Assembly (NCBI RefSeq): GCF_001194135.2
Contig: NC_068982.1
Span: 192,171,612 to 192,235,611 of the forward strand
Direction of reading: 5' to 3'
DNA: 64,000 nt
Origin: Octopus bimaculoides
Taxonomy: Eukaryota
The notes below the pieces were generated by a model, which had not been told where the DNA came from, ran no database searches, and saw only the letters and a program-made list of their open reading frames with translations. The position numbers and the translations under genes were made by a program. This document shows positions 1 through 12,839 of the stretch, one piece after another (position 1 is the stretch's first letter; every line of letters begins with the position of its first letter).

Positions 1-116
1 ATAGTTAGGACAGTATCATCTGGAGTGTACTCAAGAGTACAGAAGTCACTGTGATGTAATGTTGTTGTTGTTGTTGTCAGCTGGTTGTTGTTGTTGTTGC
101 TTCCCTGTTTAACACT

Positions 117-578
<462 letters not shown>

Positions 579-1189
579 TCAAAATAAAACTAATAACAAT
601 AATAATAAAGTTACAAAACAAATGACAGAACAATGGAGTAACTAAAAGAAATTAATAAACCCTTTTTCCATGCTGACACAATTTGGGTGGCTTTTCCAAG
701 TTACTACTTTCCTAAATAGATAAAATGATCACATTTTGCTTGGACATTCCCGTTTTGGCATTGTTTCTACACTTCAATGTTCTTCCTAACACCAAACACT
801 TTACAGAGTCTACTGGGTGGTATAATGGCACCAGCACTAGAGAGGTCTACCTGAGGAAAGGTTACTTAAGGTTCAACTATGATGAAACTTCCTAAAACCA
901 GAAGATGAAAACTAAGTAAAATTATTACAATTTTAAGACCCAACACAAACAGCCAAACAGCCAAAATCAGATGCAGGTGTGTTTAAAGTAGATAATTATG
1001 ATGATCATGATGATAAAGCTGTAAAATTTTAATTAAGATGTCAACATATAAAAGGACTCTTCGTGTAGTTGAAACTGTCGGAAAACTGCATCTGGATTTA
1101 CTGATGTTCACAACACTGAAATATCAAAACAATGTTGGTACACTTGTGTAGAAAGCTGCCTTTCATTGCAACAATGATATTGTTATGTG

Positions 1190-2130
1190 TATTTAACACA
1201 ACTCTTCAGGTGAAGTAAACTTTGAAGAGACAGCTTCCAGCTACATTTTCTTTTGGAAAGGGAAAATGAGAGTAGAGAATCCAAGGAATTGGGTTTACTG
1301 TTAAAGAGCAAGATTGCTCAAGACCTTCAACTAATTCTAATTGTCATCAAAGAACAAATTATGACTTTGTTTGCACCATTATTTCAACATCATTGTATTG
1401 TACTCTCAGCTTATGTTCCAACAATACAGGTTGATAAAAATGGGTAAAAATCAAATTTTTCTCAACAACTGAGCAACACCATTTTGAAAGTTCCAACAAG
1501 AGACAAACTTTCACTCTCAGATTTCAACATTAAAACAAGAGACAATCAGCTAAGGGAAGACATCGTTAACTAAGGTATTGGGTTTCTGTTCCTTGACTCC
1601 CAATCAGAAGGCTCCCTTTTCATCACTAGCATCTATTTGCAACTCAGCTGATTTAAGAGGCATGGATGACTCTGTACCCCTGCTCTACACACTGGCACTT
1701 TCTCTAGTATGCTAACAACAAAACCAAGAAGATATTCTCACGACCAGAACACCACCAAGAGTTGATGACTGCCAGACCATCTTGTCATCAGATACACAGA
1801 GTACCATTCAAAGTAAAGCAAGAAACCAACAATCGGAAGAAACAATCTCAGAAAATCTGACATTCCAAATTTCAATTTCACCCTCCCCCGCTAACAATCA
1901 CTTTCTCGACGAAGAATAGTCACCAGTCTAAAACATCACCTCTGAGAGTGTAAAAAGTGTGACAGGTTTCATCAAGAAAGAAGCCAAAGTCAGTTTGACA
2001 GCAATAACTAGCTCATCAATGGAAAGTGATAAGATTGTATGTCACACAAACAAAACCCTACCATCAAGACTTAAAAAGACTCACTATCAAAAACTGAAAC
2101 CTTGGAGATGCTTGTGATCAGAGAAACTTT
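1190..2130 (+). mobile_element. Old, degraded RTE-type LINE remnant (AP endonuclease and C-terminal debris)
   Basis: Frameshifted peptides YIFFWKGK...LGLLLKSKIAQDL...CIVLSAYVPTIQVD resemble RTE APE motifs (GYTFFWSG, GVGF, IISAYAPT). Boundaries approximate. Confidence 0.55.
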
Positions 2131-2284
2131 GCTAGAATGATGCAAATGTCAGGCCCAGCATGTATACATTAATATGCTCATACTCACATGTGTATGTGTG
2201 TGTGTGTGTGTGTGTGTGCGTGTGTGCCTGAGTGTATACACATAGATATATACACATGCATTCTTCTAGTGACTGAGGTGAAAG

Positions 2285-2334
2285 TATGACTATGAAGATT
2301 ATGACTATGAAGATTATGACTATGAAGATTATGA
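2285..2334. repeat. 15-bp tandem repeat TATGACTATGAAGAT x3.3
   Basis: Perfect units at 2285, 2300 and 2315 plus a partial unit. Confidence 0.9.
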
Positions 2335-2489
2335 ACAAAAAATAAACTCCCTCAAATGTCAAGGAGGGGGGGATCCTTAGAAGTAGTAGTCAGTTTCTGT
2401 TAGTAGTGGGGGAGGTTGTTCTGAAAGCATAGCTTCTAGAATAAGAATAGGTTGGGTGAGATTCAGAGAGCTACTACACTTTTTTTGTA

Positions 2490-3050
2490 ACAAAGGGCCT
2501 CTCCGCCAGAGTGAAAGGCAGATTGTATGATGCCTGTGTGTGAACAGCCATGTTGCATAGTGGTGAGACATGGCTGTGACTACTGAGGATATGTGAAGGC
2601 TTGAAAGAAATGAAGCTAGTGTGCTCCACTGGATGGGTAATGTCAGTGTGCATACAGGACAGGGTGTAAGCGATTTGAGAGAAAAACTGGGTACAAGAGG
2701 CATCAGAAGTAGTGTGCAAGAGAGAAGACTGCATTGGTATGGTCATGTAATGCATATGAATGAGGAGAGTTGCATCAGGGGCTGCCATTCTCTAATTGTG
2801 GAGGGAAAAAGGGGAAAGGGGTAGACCCAAGAAGGTGTGGATGAAGTGGTGAGAAAGGATCTTCAGACATTGAGACTCACAGAGGGGCTGACGGTACATA
2901 AAAAGCATCCAGTATACTCTGTAAAGTGGCTGGTGTTAGGAAGGGTGTCCAGCTGTAGAAACCATGCCAAAACAGATGAGTGGAGCCTGAGGAGCTCTTC
3001 GGCTGGCCCAACTCATGCCAGCATGGAAAATGGCCATATGATGACAATGA
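2490..3050 (+). mobile_element. 5'-truncated RTE LINE 3' end with (GAT)n tail
   Basis: Encodes KGLSARVKGRLYDA...LREKLGTRGIRSSVQERRLHWYGHVMHMNEESC...GRPKKVWDEVVRKDL, followed by the GGAAGGG(C)ATCCAGCTGTAGAAA...CATGGAAAA tail module. Confidence 0.85.
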
Positions 3051-3204
3051 TGATACGTATGCACATTAATGCATTGTAGGTGTGAGTGTATATACATATG
3101 TATGTGGATGAAAAGTCAAAAGTTCAAAATCACCAAACAACTAGTTAACCACCAAAGACTGACACACCTGAATTAATGATGACCACAGTTAGTAGCAAAA
3201 AGCC

Positions 3205-4316
3205 CCGCTCTCTCTCTCAGAGTGAAAGGTAGATGGTATGATGCCTGTATATAAAAAGCAATGCTACATGGTAGTGAAACATGGACCATAAGTACAAAGG
3301 ATGTGAGAAAACTAGAATGAAGCTAGAATGGTCTACTTGATGTGTCCTGTCAGTGTGCATACATATATATTGAGAAGAAATCAGGGCTTAGGGGGCATCA
3401 GATGTGGTTCGCAAGAGAAAAGACTGCACTGGAATGATCATGTGATGCATATGGAGGAAGACAAATGCATAAAGAAGTGCCAATCACTAAATATGGATTG
3501 GACTTATGAAAGAGACAGATGTGGGATGAGTAATGGAGAATGATGCTCATGGAAGAGATGATGAAAGACCAAGTTGACAGGTGATTGACTGTGCTCGAAA
3601 ATCTGTCCACCTGGCAAAAAGGTGATCCTAAAACCATTATTGCCTTGTTAATGCCCCCCACCCCACCCTACCCTACATTCAAACCATCCACACATTTCAT
3701 CTTCCCTAACTACATTACTTTCTCAGCTATTTTAATTACAATCATCAAAGGAGAGCAGAGATGCACACACATTCCATTGCGCACACTTTTGTGCCACCAG
3801 TTTTCCCTTCCCTGCACATACTTTCCCGTATCACTCACCTCACATTCCCAATATCATTATTATTGAACTCCATCTTCTATCAGATATTGATCTCCAACTG
3901 TCACTCTATATTGATCCCCACATCATCTACCTGTTTCTCATCTCTACACTTTTCTTTTTTTTTTTAATTACAATCTTGTTCTCCACCCACCCTCCTTTTT
4001 GTGGTCATTTATCAACTCCCCTTCCCTGGCACACTCCCATTTCCTTCACCTTTCTCCAAATTGATTTTCACCACTGACAATGTCCCCTCCCCTCTTTGCC
4101 ATTAACTGCATCACTCATATCCCTATATTCCTTACTTGTAGGCCATCTGTCCCCTTCCACCTCATACCCTAACCCAAACTTACCTGATCCTCTTTCCCTA
4201 TCTCCCCCCCCCCCGTCCCCTTCACATTAACCTTGAAGGTATGTCCCAGCACCTCATCACCCCTACCATCTTCTATCCTTTTCCAGCTGGAGTAGCCATG
4301 TATCTCCTCTACAGCA
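3205..4316 (+). mobile_element. RTE LINE 3' fragment followed by a pyrimidine-rich tail
   Basis: LSLRVKGRWYDAC...QEKRLHWNDHVMHMEEDKCIKKC, then ~670 bp of C/T-rich sequence ending in a motif shared with 47749-47773. Confidence 0.6.
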
Positions 4317-4875
4317 TGCTTCCCAACCTCATGGTTTTGGGTTCAGTTCTACTGTGCAGCACCTTGGGCGAATGTCTTCTACTGTAGCCCTGGGCTGACC
4401 TAAGCCTTGTGAGTGGATCTGGTTGATGGAAACTGAAAGAAGCCCATTGCATACATACATATGTGTTTACTCTTGTCCAGACATTATGTGATGGTAGTCA
4501 TCATCATCATCATCCAAATGAGACGACTTCCAGTCTTCCTTGAGAAACATGTCTAGCCATGGGGAAATATCACCCTGCATGGAAGTGCTTGAGAAGACTT
4601 GTCGAACCGAATGCAATCGTAGCTGTGGTTGTTGCCAGTGTCATGCAATGGCAGCCATGAAAGCGTAGTCAGGACCATTGCCAGTGCCCTGCTGGTGGCA
4701 GATAAAAAAACAACCATTACACTCTCAGGGTGGTTGGCACATTATGAAGGGCATCCAGCCAGAGAAACCATGCCAGATCAGACTGGTACTTGGTACAGCT
4801 CTCCAGCATATCAGTTCCAGTCAAACCATCTAACCCATGCCAGCATGGAAAGCGGGCGTTAAATGATGATGCTGT
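4315..4875 (+). mobile_element. tRNA-derived SINE head joined to an RTE 3' tail (chimera)
   Basis: GGGTTCAGTTC B-box-like, CACCTTGGGC core and GAAACTGAAAGAAGCCC, then a switch into RTE-end sequence GTGCTTGAGAAGAC ending GGCGTTAAATGATGATG. Confidence 0.65.
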
Positions 4876-4953
4876 TATCATTTGAGGGAATGTAGAAAAC
4901 AGTTTGAAAGAAAGTGACAAATTAATGAAGTACGTTTGTATGACAAACAGCTA

Positions 4954-5253
<300 letters not shown>

Positions 5254-5522
5254 CTAAAAAAAAGCAAATAACAAAATAAATAAAAATGTGACCTGAAAAG
5301 GAGTCAGCTTGTGTTTCAATAGAAATATTAATAGTTAGGGATCTACTAAACCGATGGAGTGACAGCAGCCTTTAAATATGAACAGGTCGAATAAATTGTC
5401 AGAAAATGTATGATTATAAGACAAGGGTCAAAATATTTGCAGCCCATTTTGTACAGATATTTCACAACAATCCATCCAAGACCACCGCTAGTGGTTCTAC
5501 GATACAAAGTCTTGTGACTTAA

Positions 5523-5740
5523 CCCTTTAGCATTCAAACCGGCCATATCCAGCCCCCAATTTTCTTTTTTTTTTTGGTTCTAACTGGTCCGAGGTCCACA
5601 GCCTCTTACATCTACCCTACACTATCATTCTAAAAATAAACAATCATATCATTGAAATCTCAAAACTATAATTTACAATTAATTCAAAGCAATATGAATA
5701 AATAAGCATAATTACATTTGACAATCTAAATGCGAAAGGG
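5523..5740. mobile_element. piggyBac-type MITE
   Basis: TTAA|CCCTTTAGCATT...AATGCGAAAGGG|TTAA: TTAA TSD (5519-5522, 5741-5744) with CCC/GGG termini; 218 bp. Confidence 0.8.
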
Positions 5741-7177
5741 TTAAAGGGTTCATATGCAAATTTTATGAGATTTAACAAATTTATTTTAAATACTGACTTA
5801 ATTATAAAGGTAGTTTACAAAATATAAATTGATTATTTTCAAATTAATTTATTAGAAAGATCATCATGAAAGAGTTAACATTTATAGAGTAAGTCTATTT
5901 TGCTATAAAAATATTACTATAATCAGACAAATCACTGTATTTTATAAGTTTGTGGAACTGAGTTCAAATCCTCCTCTGGGTATCATCTGTAATTTCTGTG
6001 AAGTAATTTGAAGAAAGTTTTCAAAAGCTTGGTCAGTTTGCCCAAATAATGTCTTCCTTCAATTAATGATTTGGCTAATTTCCTCCATTTGTTCTTGCAG
6101 ACACAAATTAATTCAACAATCCTACTTATTTTGGTTATTAAAGTATATTTTAGTGTGTGTGTATAAGCAATACAAGATACCAGAATTTTTGACTCCAGTC
6201 AGGTATAACAAACTACTCCAAATCTTGGTTAGAGTATCCGCAAAAAGGAATCAGAACAGGCAAGTATGTAATGGCATCAAGTTGTATAAGTTATAATAAC
6301 TCAGATCAAACGATGCGAAAGCATTTAATATAGATATTTCAGACCATTGCATAATAAATAGAAAAAAATACATCCCTTATGCAAGGCCTTCTACAGTTAA
6401 TATATTTCAAAATATAATTTTTAAATATATTTCATCAATCAGATCTTCTGGATTAGACTCCTCTGTACTGGTTTGCTAACTGAGTCCGTGAAAGGAGCTT
6501 TCTATGAAAGCTACATGATTCAATACACACATAGATACTGTATATACTCAAATAATAGTTGATCTCATGTAAAAGTTGACCCCCTATTTTTGACCAAAAA
6601 ATTGAACCCCGTATAAAAGTCGACCCTGGTATTTCATGAACAACAGGACAATATTTGTGGGTCAAGGTACCGTATCATCCTGTACATAGAAATAACAGTT
6701 ACAAAATTGTGTGGCCACCTTACTGTAGCCTGCTCTATAGGGGGAATGCTTGGTGCTTATAATAAAACAGCATTTAATAGTAAGCACTACGCATCTGTTG
6801 ATAGATGCCACATCACCTATCAACAGGATATCACAGAATATGCTGCAAGCCTTCACACATCTTCAAGCACAAACACATGCATCACACTCGTTGTTTACAT
6901 TGTGAGAAACATGTTTCACAGAGAGCACTATTGGCAAACACCACTGTCTGAATTCATACAAAGGTACGACTTTGGTAAGCCTAAAAACATTCAAACAATT
7001 GCTAGATCAGTGATTCCCATGCGACCTTTATATATTCCTCATCTCCAAATACAATAAACACATGCATCATACACTCGTCTGTTTACGTTGTGAGAAATGT
7101 GTTTCACAGGCAGCACTAGGAATTCATAGAGAGGCATAACTTCAGTAAGCCTCAAAACATTTACTTAATCGCTAGAT

Positions 7178-7298
7178 CAGTGGTTCTCAAACCTTTTTTG
7201 CTGCAGAATCCTTCAACATTATTTTTAAAAATATGGAATCCCTGATAACTTTCAAGGAACCCTGGGATTTTGCAGAACACACTTTGGGAATCCCAGCA
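7178..7298. mobile_element. Possible hAT (Charlie-like) MITE
   Basis: Starts CAGTGGTTCTCAAACC; only a degenerate right end (TTTGGGAATCCCAG). A similar left end occurs at ~33232. Confidence 0.35.
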
Positions 7299-9542
7299 CC
7301 AGATTAACAACTCTACACCATATTCTGGACATTTACTGGTAACTGCACATGACATCCTGCAACTCTTTTTTTTTTCATTTTTGTCGGGGATAACATATAC
7401 ACAAAATACGTCCCACTGTTTACCTTATAAGAATTGTGTGGCAAACGTATTCCATGAAATGGCAACTGATTGTGAGTGTGAATACAATAGCACCGAGGCC
7501 AAAATGCATTAGCGTTATATCATTGCTGTAACCTTCATACTGATCTTTTTCTTTTTTTTTTATTTCAGCTCTTGTTACATGGCATAACATCATTTGTACA
7601 GGTGTTTCTTTCTGATTTAATGCAGGGTTCAATTTGATGTGCAGCTTTTGATGATTCTTCCCAGCTACAACGATCTACGGGAACTGGGTTGGAGTCACGC
7701 CAATAATTTTTATCAGAGAAAAATAGCTTAAAATGCTTATTGCAATTTAAACATTAAAAAAGTAGGTGAGAAAGCAGAGGTCAATGAAGGGAATTTGGCA
7801 TGAAAATTTAAGACTATCAGGTCAGAGTTGAGTCATAATGTCTCTTTGCAGCTCAGTTCCTGTATAGCACTCTTAGAATACAGTTGTATAGTTGAGGGTT
7901 TAAAATTTCTGTCATTTTATGTAAAAATGCCCTCCAGAAAAAAAAAACAAATATAGAGCAGCATTGAAACTAAAAGTTATTGAAGTTGCTGAAAAGACAA
8001 ATAACTGTGTAGCAGCAAGAGGAACTTGTGAGAGACTGGAGAAAGATATCTAACAAACTTCAGACAATGCCAAAAAGAAAATGTGCTGAGAAAGGAAAAC
8101 CTAGCAAGTGGCCACAATTGGAGGAAAAAGTTGCAGAGTGGATGCTTGAAAATCGTCAAAATGGAAAGTGTGTTACATGCACGAGAAGAATCAAAGAAAG
8201 ATGGAATTTCAGATTTTAAAGCAAGTGCTGGATGGTGCTCTAGGTTCATGAGACGTTAGTACTTCGGCAGAGAACTAAGATTGCACAAAAGCTGCCTGCT
8301 GAGCTACATAAGATAATAGAATTTCATTGGTTTATACTCAGAAATCAACAAAAAGTGGGGTATGCATTATCATGTATTGGAAACCTGGACAATATGCCTA
8401 TTACTCTTGGCATGCCAGAGAATCGAAATGTGAATCAAAAAGGAGGAAAAACACGAGAACCACTGGCCACAAGGAAAGTAAGGTTACTTTCGTTCTTTTA
8501 TGTAGGACAGATGGTACTAAATTAAAACTGATGGTTGTTTTAAGAGAAAAACTGTGCCAAAGGAGAAATTTCCAAAAGGAACTGTCATCCATGTGCATCT
8601 ACAAGGCTGGATGGATGAAGGTGGATGTAGAAAATAGATAAAGGAAATTTAGAACTTACGACCTGGTGGACTACGAAAGGAAAAGAGTTTGCTCACGTGT
8701 GATCAGTTTAGAGCTAATCTAGGGAAGAATGTTGTTGATAGCCTCCAGTGCAAAAAAATACTGATATAGCTGTAAGTGCCAGCAGACTTACAAGTGTCTT
8801 GCAACCATTAGATGTTAGTATTAATAAGCCATTTAAGAACATCAAGAGCATCAAGTGAAATAACTGGATGCATGATGGAGGAGAAGAGATATACAGGAAA
8901 GGAGGTAGCATGCAGGCTCCATCACTGCTTCTGCTCTGTGAATGGATCATTGATTCATGGAAAGAAAATAAAAGTTGAAACTGTTGTCAGACCATTCAAG
9001 AATGCATTGGATGGTACAGAACAGGATTGTCTAGGGGATGACATGTATAAAGAAGGAGTTAGGGTTAGATGTACTACCTCTAACTATGGAGAACGAAGAT
9101 GAAGAGAATCCTTACGATGATATCATTCATCCTGATGACTACAAAGATTTATTCAGTACTGAAAATGATGAACAGCATTAATTTTTTAGGTTCTAAATGA
9201 AATTTTGTGCATAAAATGTTTAAAATGGACCAGAATTGTAATTTAAAGCTGTATTACCGTAAATTTCTACATCATTTTTTTTGTTTGCATAAATAAAAAT
9301 TTAATGGTTTTTATTGACATTATCAATTATTTTGATTTGTTTTAAATTTTGGGCCTTAATCTTTACAGGAATTTATAAAAAATAGAAATGCAACAAAGAT
9401 ATTGGTACGGTAGCCTCTAATCCAGCCACAAAGAAAACGTTTTCGGTGGAGACTTGTTGGTGGTGGAAAGTGGTGGTGTGCTTCTACTTCTTTTATCAAT
9501 TTTGGTATTTAAAACATCAAGTTGCATTTCATTAATTATTAA

Positions 9543-11055
9543 TCTATATATATAAAAATGAGAATGTGTGTCTGTCTGTCTGTCTGTCTGTGTGTGTGTG
9601 TGAATCCCTAAAACTCGAGAACTACGCAACCAATTTCATTCAAATTTTACACATGCCTTACTTAGGGTTCCAGTTGTGTTTTAGTCAAAAAAAATTATTA
9701 ACTTCTTGCAGAGTTCGAGCACACGGCAACATAATATCTCCTCCACTATTTAAGTATTACGTGTCAAAAGTGAAACAAAAACACTCATGTCAAATACTTT
9801 CACTTTAAAAATGAAACTATTCCACTAACTGAAACAATCACATTTCGATACTGTAGTGACAGATACTTTCANNNNNNNNNNNNNNNNNNNNNNNNNNNNN
9901 NNNNNNNNNNNNNNNNNNNNNNNNNNNNNNNNNNNNNNNNNNNNNNNNNNNNNNNNNNNNNNNNNNNNNNNNNNNNNNNNNNNNNNNNNNNNNNNNNNNN
10001 NNNNNNNNNNNNNNNNNNNNNNNNNNNNNNNNNNNNNNNNNNNNNNNNNNNNNNNNNNNNNNNNNNNNNNNNNNNNNNNNNNNNNNNNNNNNNNNNNNNN
10101 NNNNNNNNNNNNNNNNNNNNNNNNNNNNNNNNNNNNNNNNNNNNNNNNNNNNNNNNNNNNNNNNNNNNNNNNNNNNNNNNNNNNNNNNNNNNNNNNNNNN
10201 NNNNNNNNNNNNNNNNNNNNNNNNNNNNNNNNNNNNNNNNNNNNNNNNNNNNNNNNNNNNNNNNNNNNNNNNNNNNNNNNNNNNNNNNNNNNNNNNNNNN
10301 NNNNNNNNNNNNNNNNNNNNNNNNNNNNNNNNNNNNNNNNNNNNNNNNNNNNNNNNNNNNNNNNNNNNNNNNNNNNNNNNNNNNNNNNNNNNNNNNNNNN
10401 NNNNNNNNNNNNNNNNNNNNNNNNNNNNNNNNNNNNNNNNNNNNNNNNNNNNNNNNNNNNNNNNNNNNNNNNNNNNNNNNNNNNNNNNNNNNNNNNNNNN
10501 NNNNNNNNNNNNNNNNNNNNNNNNNNNNNNNNNNNNNNNNNNNNNNNNNNNNNNNNNNNNNNNNNNNNNNNNNNNNNNNNNNNNNNNNNNNNNNNNNNNN
10601 NNNNNNNNNNNNNNNNNNNNNNNNNNNNNNNNNNNNNNNNNTCCCCCTTCGTGTGACTTTTGCCATGTCCATAAACAAATATCAGGGTCAAACACTGTCT
10701 GTAGCTGGTCTTCTCTTGGAAGAGCCCTGCTTCTCACATGGACAACTGTATGTTGGCTGCTCAAGAGTGGGCAGCAACAAAAAACCTATTTGTATATGCT
10801 CCACAAGGGAAAACAAGGAACATAGTTTACAATGAGGTGTTATAATCACAACAGCAAGAAAGTATGTACATGATCACCTTCTTTTACGAAACTTCATTGA
10901 CTTTCATATATTTATATTGATATACATATATATACGTGTGTTTGGGTGCGTGTGTGTATATACATCTCTATATATAAAGATGATGCGTAGTCTAGACGGC
11001 GTTTTTAGATTTCATTATTCTCTATAACCCGGGTAACGCCGGGTATTTCTGCTAG
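9543..11055 (+). mobile_element. Non-autonomous Helitron with PIF1-helicase C-terminal remnant (spans a 770-N gap)
   Basis: 5' A|TCTATATATATAAAAATG. 10642-10790 encodes PLRVTFAMSINKYQGQTLSVAGLLLEEPCFSHGQLYVGCSRVG (RepHel helicase motifs V-VI). 3' hairpin ACCCGG-GTAACG-CCGGGT (11027-11044) then CTAG|T. Confidence 0.9.
9872..10641. other. Assembly gap (770 N)
   Basis: Other gaps: 41443-41678 (236 N) and 10-N gaps at 54436, 58235, 61032 and 62609. Confidence 0.99.
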
Positions 11056-11554
11056 TTAGAAATAAAAATGCACCACTAATATACTGTGCCATGATACAAT
11101 TGTGATGAGTGTGACTTTAACCGTGAATACGAAAATAGTGTAATGCTGTTATGATGTGAAACACACCAAATAGGTATCAGCTGTATGCACCGTATTAGGG
11201 TAGGTAGTGGCATGCTGGTACCAGGTAGACATGTCACTGGTGGTAATATAGTCTAAGTTTGATGGATACAAATAAAAGAGAAAGTGGAAATATTTATAAG
11301 AGCTAAGCAGTCTTGTTTATGGGTTTTGTTATTTACTAGGATGTGTTTTGATGCATAGAATTGGTAATATTACCGTAATTCATTATGTTTTTGTTTTTAT
11401 TCACTTAGTGATCAGTTGGGCTTCTGCTACTGTACGGTACTTTGGAGTCTAGCTTGAATTTCAGCCCTCAAAAGTGGTATCCATGTAAAAGTCAACCCCA
11501 TAAATTTGACCTTTAAAAATGGTCTAAAAAATTCGACTTTTACATTAGTATATA

Positions 11555-12470
11555 TCATCACTATCATCATCGTTTAATGTCTGCTTTCCGTGCTGGCATG
11601 GGTTGGACAGTTTGACTGAGGACTGGCAAACCAGAAGGCTGCTCCAGGTTCCAATCTGATCTGGTAAGGTTTCTACAGCTGTATGCCCTTCCTAATGCCA
11701 ACCACTCTAAAAGTGTAGTGGATGCTTTTTACATGCCACCAACATGAGGGCCAGTCAGGCAGTACTGGCATCAACCACGCTCAAAAGGTGCTTTTTACAT
11801 GCCAGTCAGCCACAACAATGACTTCACTTGACTCAACAGGTCTTCTCAAGCACAGTTTATTGCCCAATGATTGAAGGGTGCCCTTAAATGGGTTGGTTAT
11901 GCTACACTGGCATAGGCATGGTCTTACTTGGCTTGCTGGGTCTTCTCAAGCACAAACACTCCAAAGGTCTCGGTCGCTTGTGAGGCCCATTGTTCGAAGG
12001 TCATGCTTCACCACCTCATCCTAGGTCTACCTCTTCTACAGGTTCCCTCCACTGTTAGGGTGTGACACTTTTTCACACAGCTCTCCTCATCCATATGCAT
12101 CACATGACCATACCAGTGCAGTTGTCTCTCTTGTACACCACATTTGATGCTGCTTATGTCCATCATTTCTCTCAAGAAGCTTACACTGTCATATATGCAC
12201 ACTGTCATATATGCACACTGACATTACACATCCAGTGGAGCATACTGGCTTCATTTCTTGCAAGCTTACGCATGTCCTCAGCAGTCACAGCCCATGTTTC
12301 ATTGCCATGTAGTATGGCTGTTTGCACACGTGTCATACAATCTACCTTTCACTCCGAGCGAGAGGCCCTTTGTCACCAGCAGAGGTAGGAGCTTTTTGAA
12401 CTTTGCTCAGGCTATTCTTATTCTAGCAGCTACACTTTCAGCGCACCCTCCCCCACTACTTTTTCTGAAA
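11555..12470 (-). mobile_element. 5'-truncated RTE LINE with (GAT)n tail
   Basis: Minus strand encodes SSIKCGVQERQLHWYGHVMHMDEESCVKKCHTLTVEGTCRRGRPR. The tail reads ATCATCATCGTTTAATGTCTGCTTTCC on plus and abuts the pogo right TIR. Confidence 0.85.
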
Positions 12471-12839
12471 CAACCATTACAATAAAAATCAGTTGTTCCC
12501 CTTCTTGGCATAAATCCAAACTACATTTCATTGACCTTCATTCCTAACCCTAATCCTTTCCTAATACCCTCATTCCTCCCATCCATCCTTGGGCTCAACT
12601 CTCAATTCACTGCAATACACTCTTCTTTCACCCCAACTGACACTTTCTAACCCTAACCCTAATTCCCTGATGTCTTCATCATGTCTCTCCAAACACCTTT
12701 TTTCAACATGTCCCTATTCTTATCACTCCGTTCACTTCTTTCTCAATTATCTCCTCTATTAGAGTCACGTTATTCTGTGTTGCCATCTCATTCTTCACAA
12801 TCTCACCATATACCTCCCTTTGGATACACAACAATTTGC

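Larger units (their letters stand above)
6538..11554 (+). mobile_element. pogo/Tigger-family DNA transposon (decayed transposase ~7927-9200), interrupted by nested insertions
   Basis: ATG at 7927, then KYRAALKLKVIEVAEKTNN...VRDWRK (Brinker-type DBD), WPQLEEKVAEW and FKASAGWCSRFMRR (CENP-B HTH), LTSVLQPLDVSINKPFK (DDE_1), with many stops and frameshifts. Left end TA|CTGTATATACTC; right inverted copy at 11533-11554 matches 17/22 nt. Confidence 0.8.

Noticed and set aside
9825-10764. Long ORFs of 266-308 aa in the ORF track (also 41343-41726)
   Set aside because: They are runs of X across N gaps, not coding sequence.
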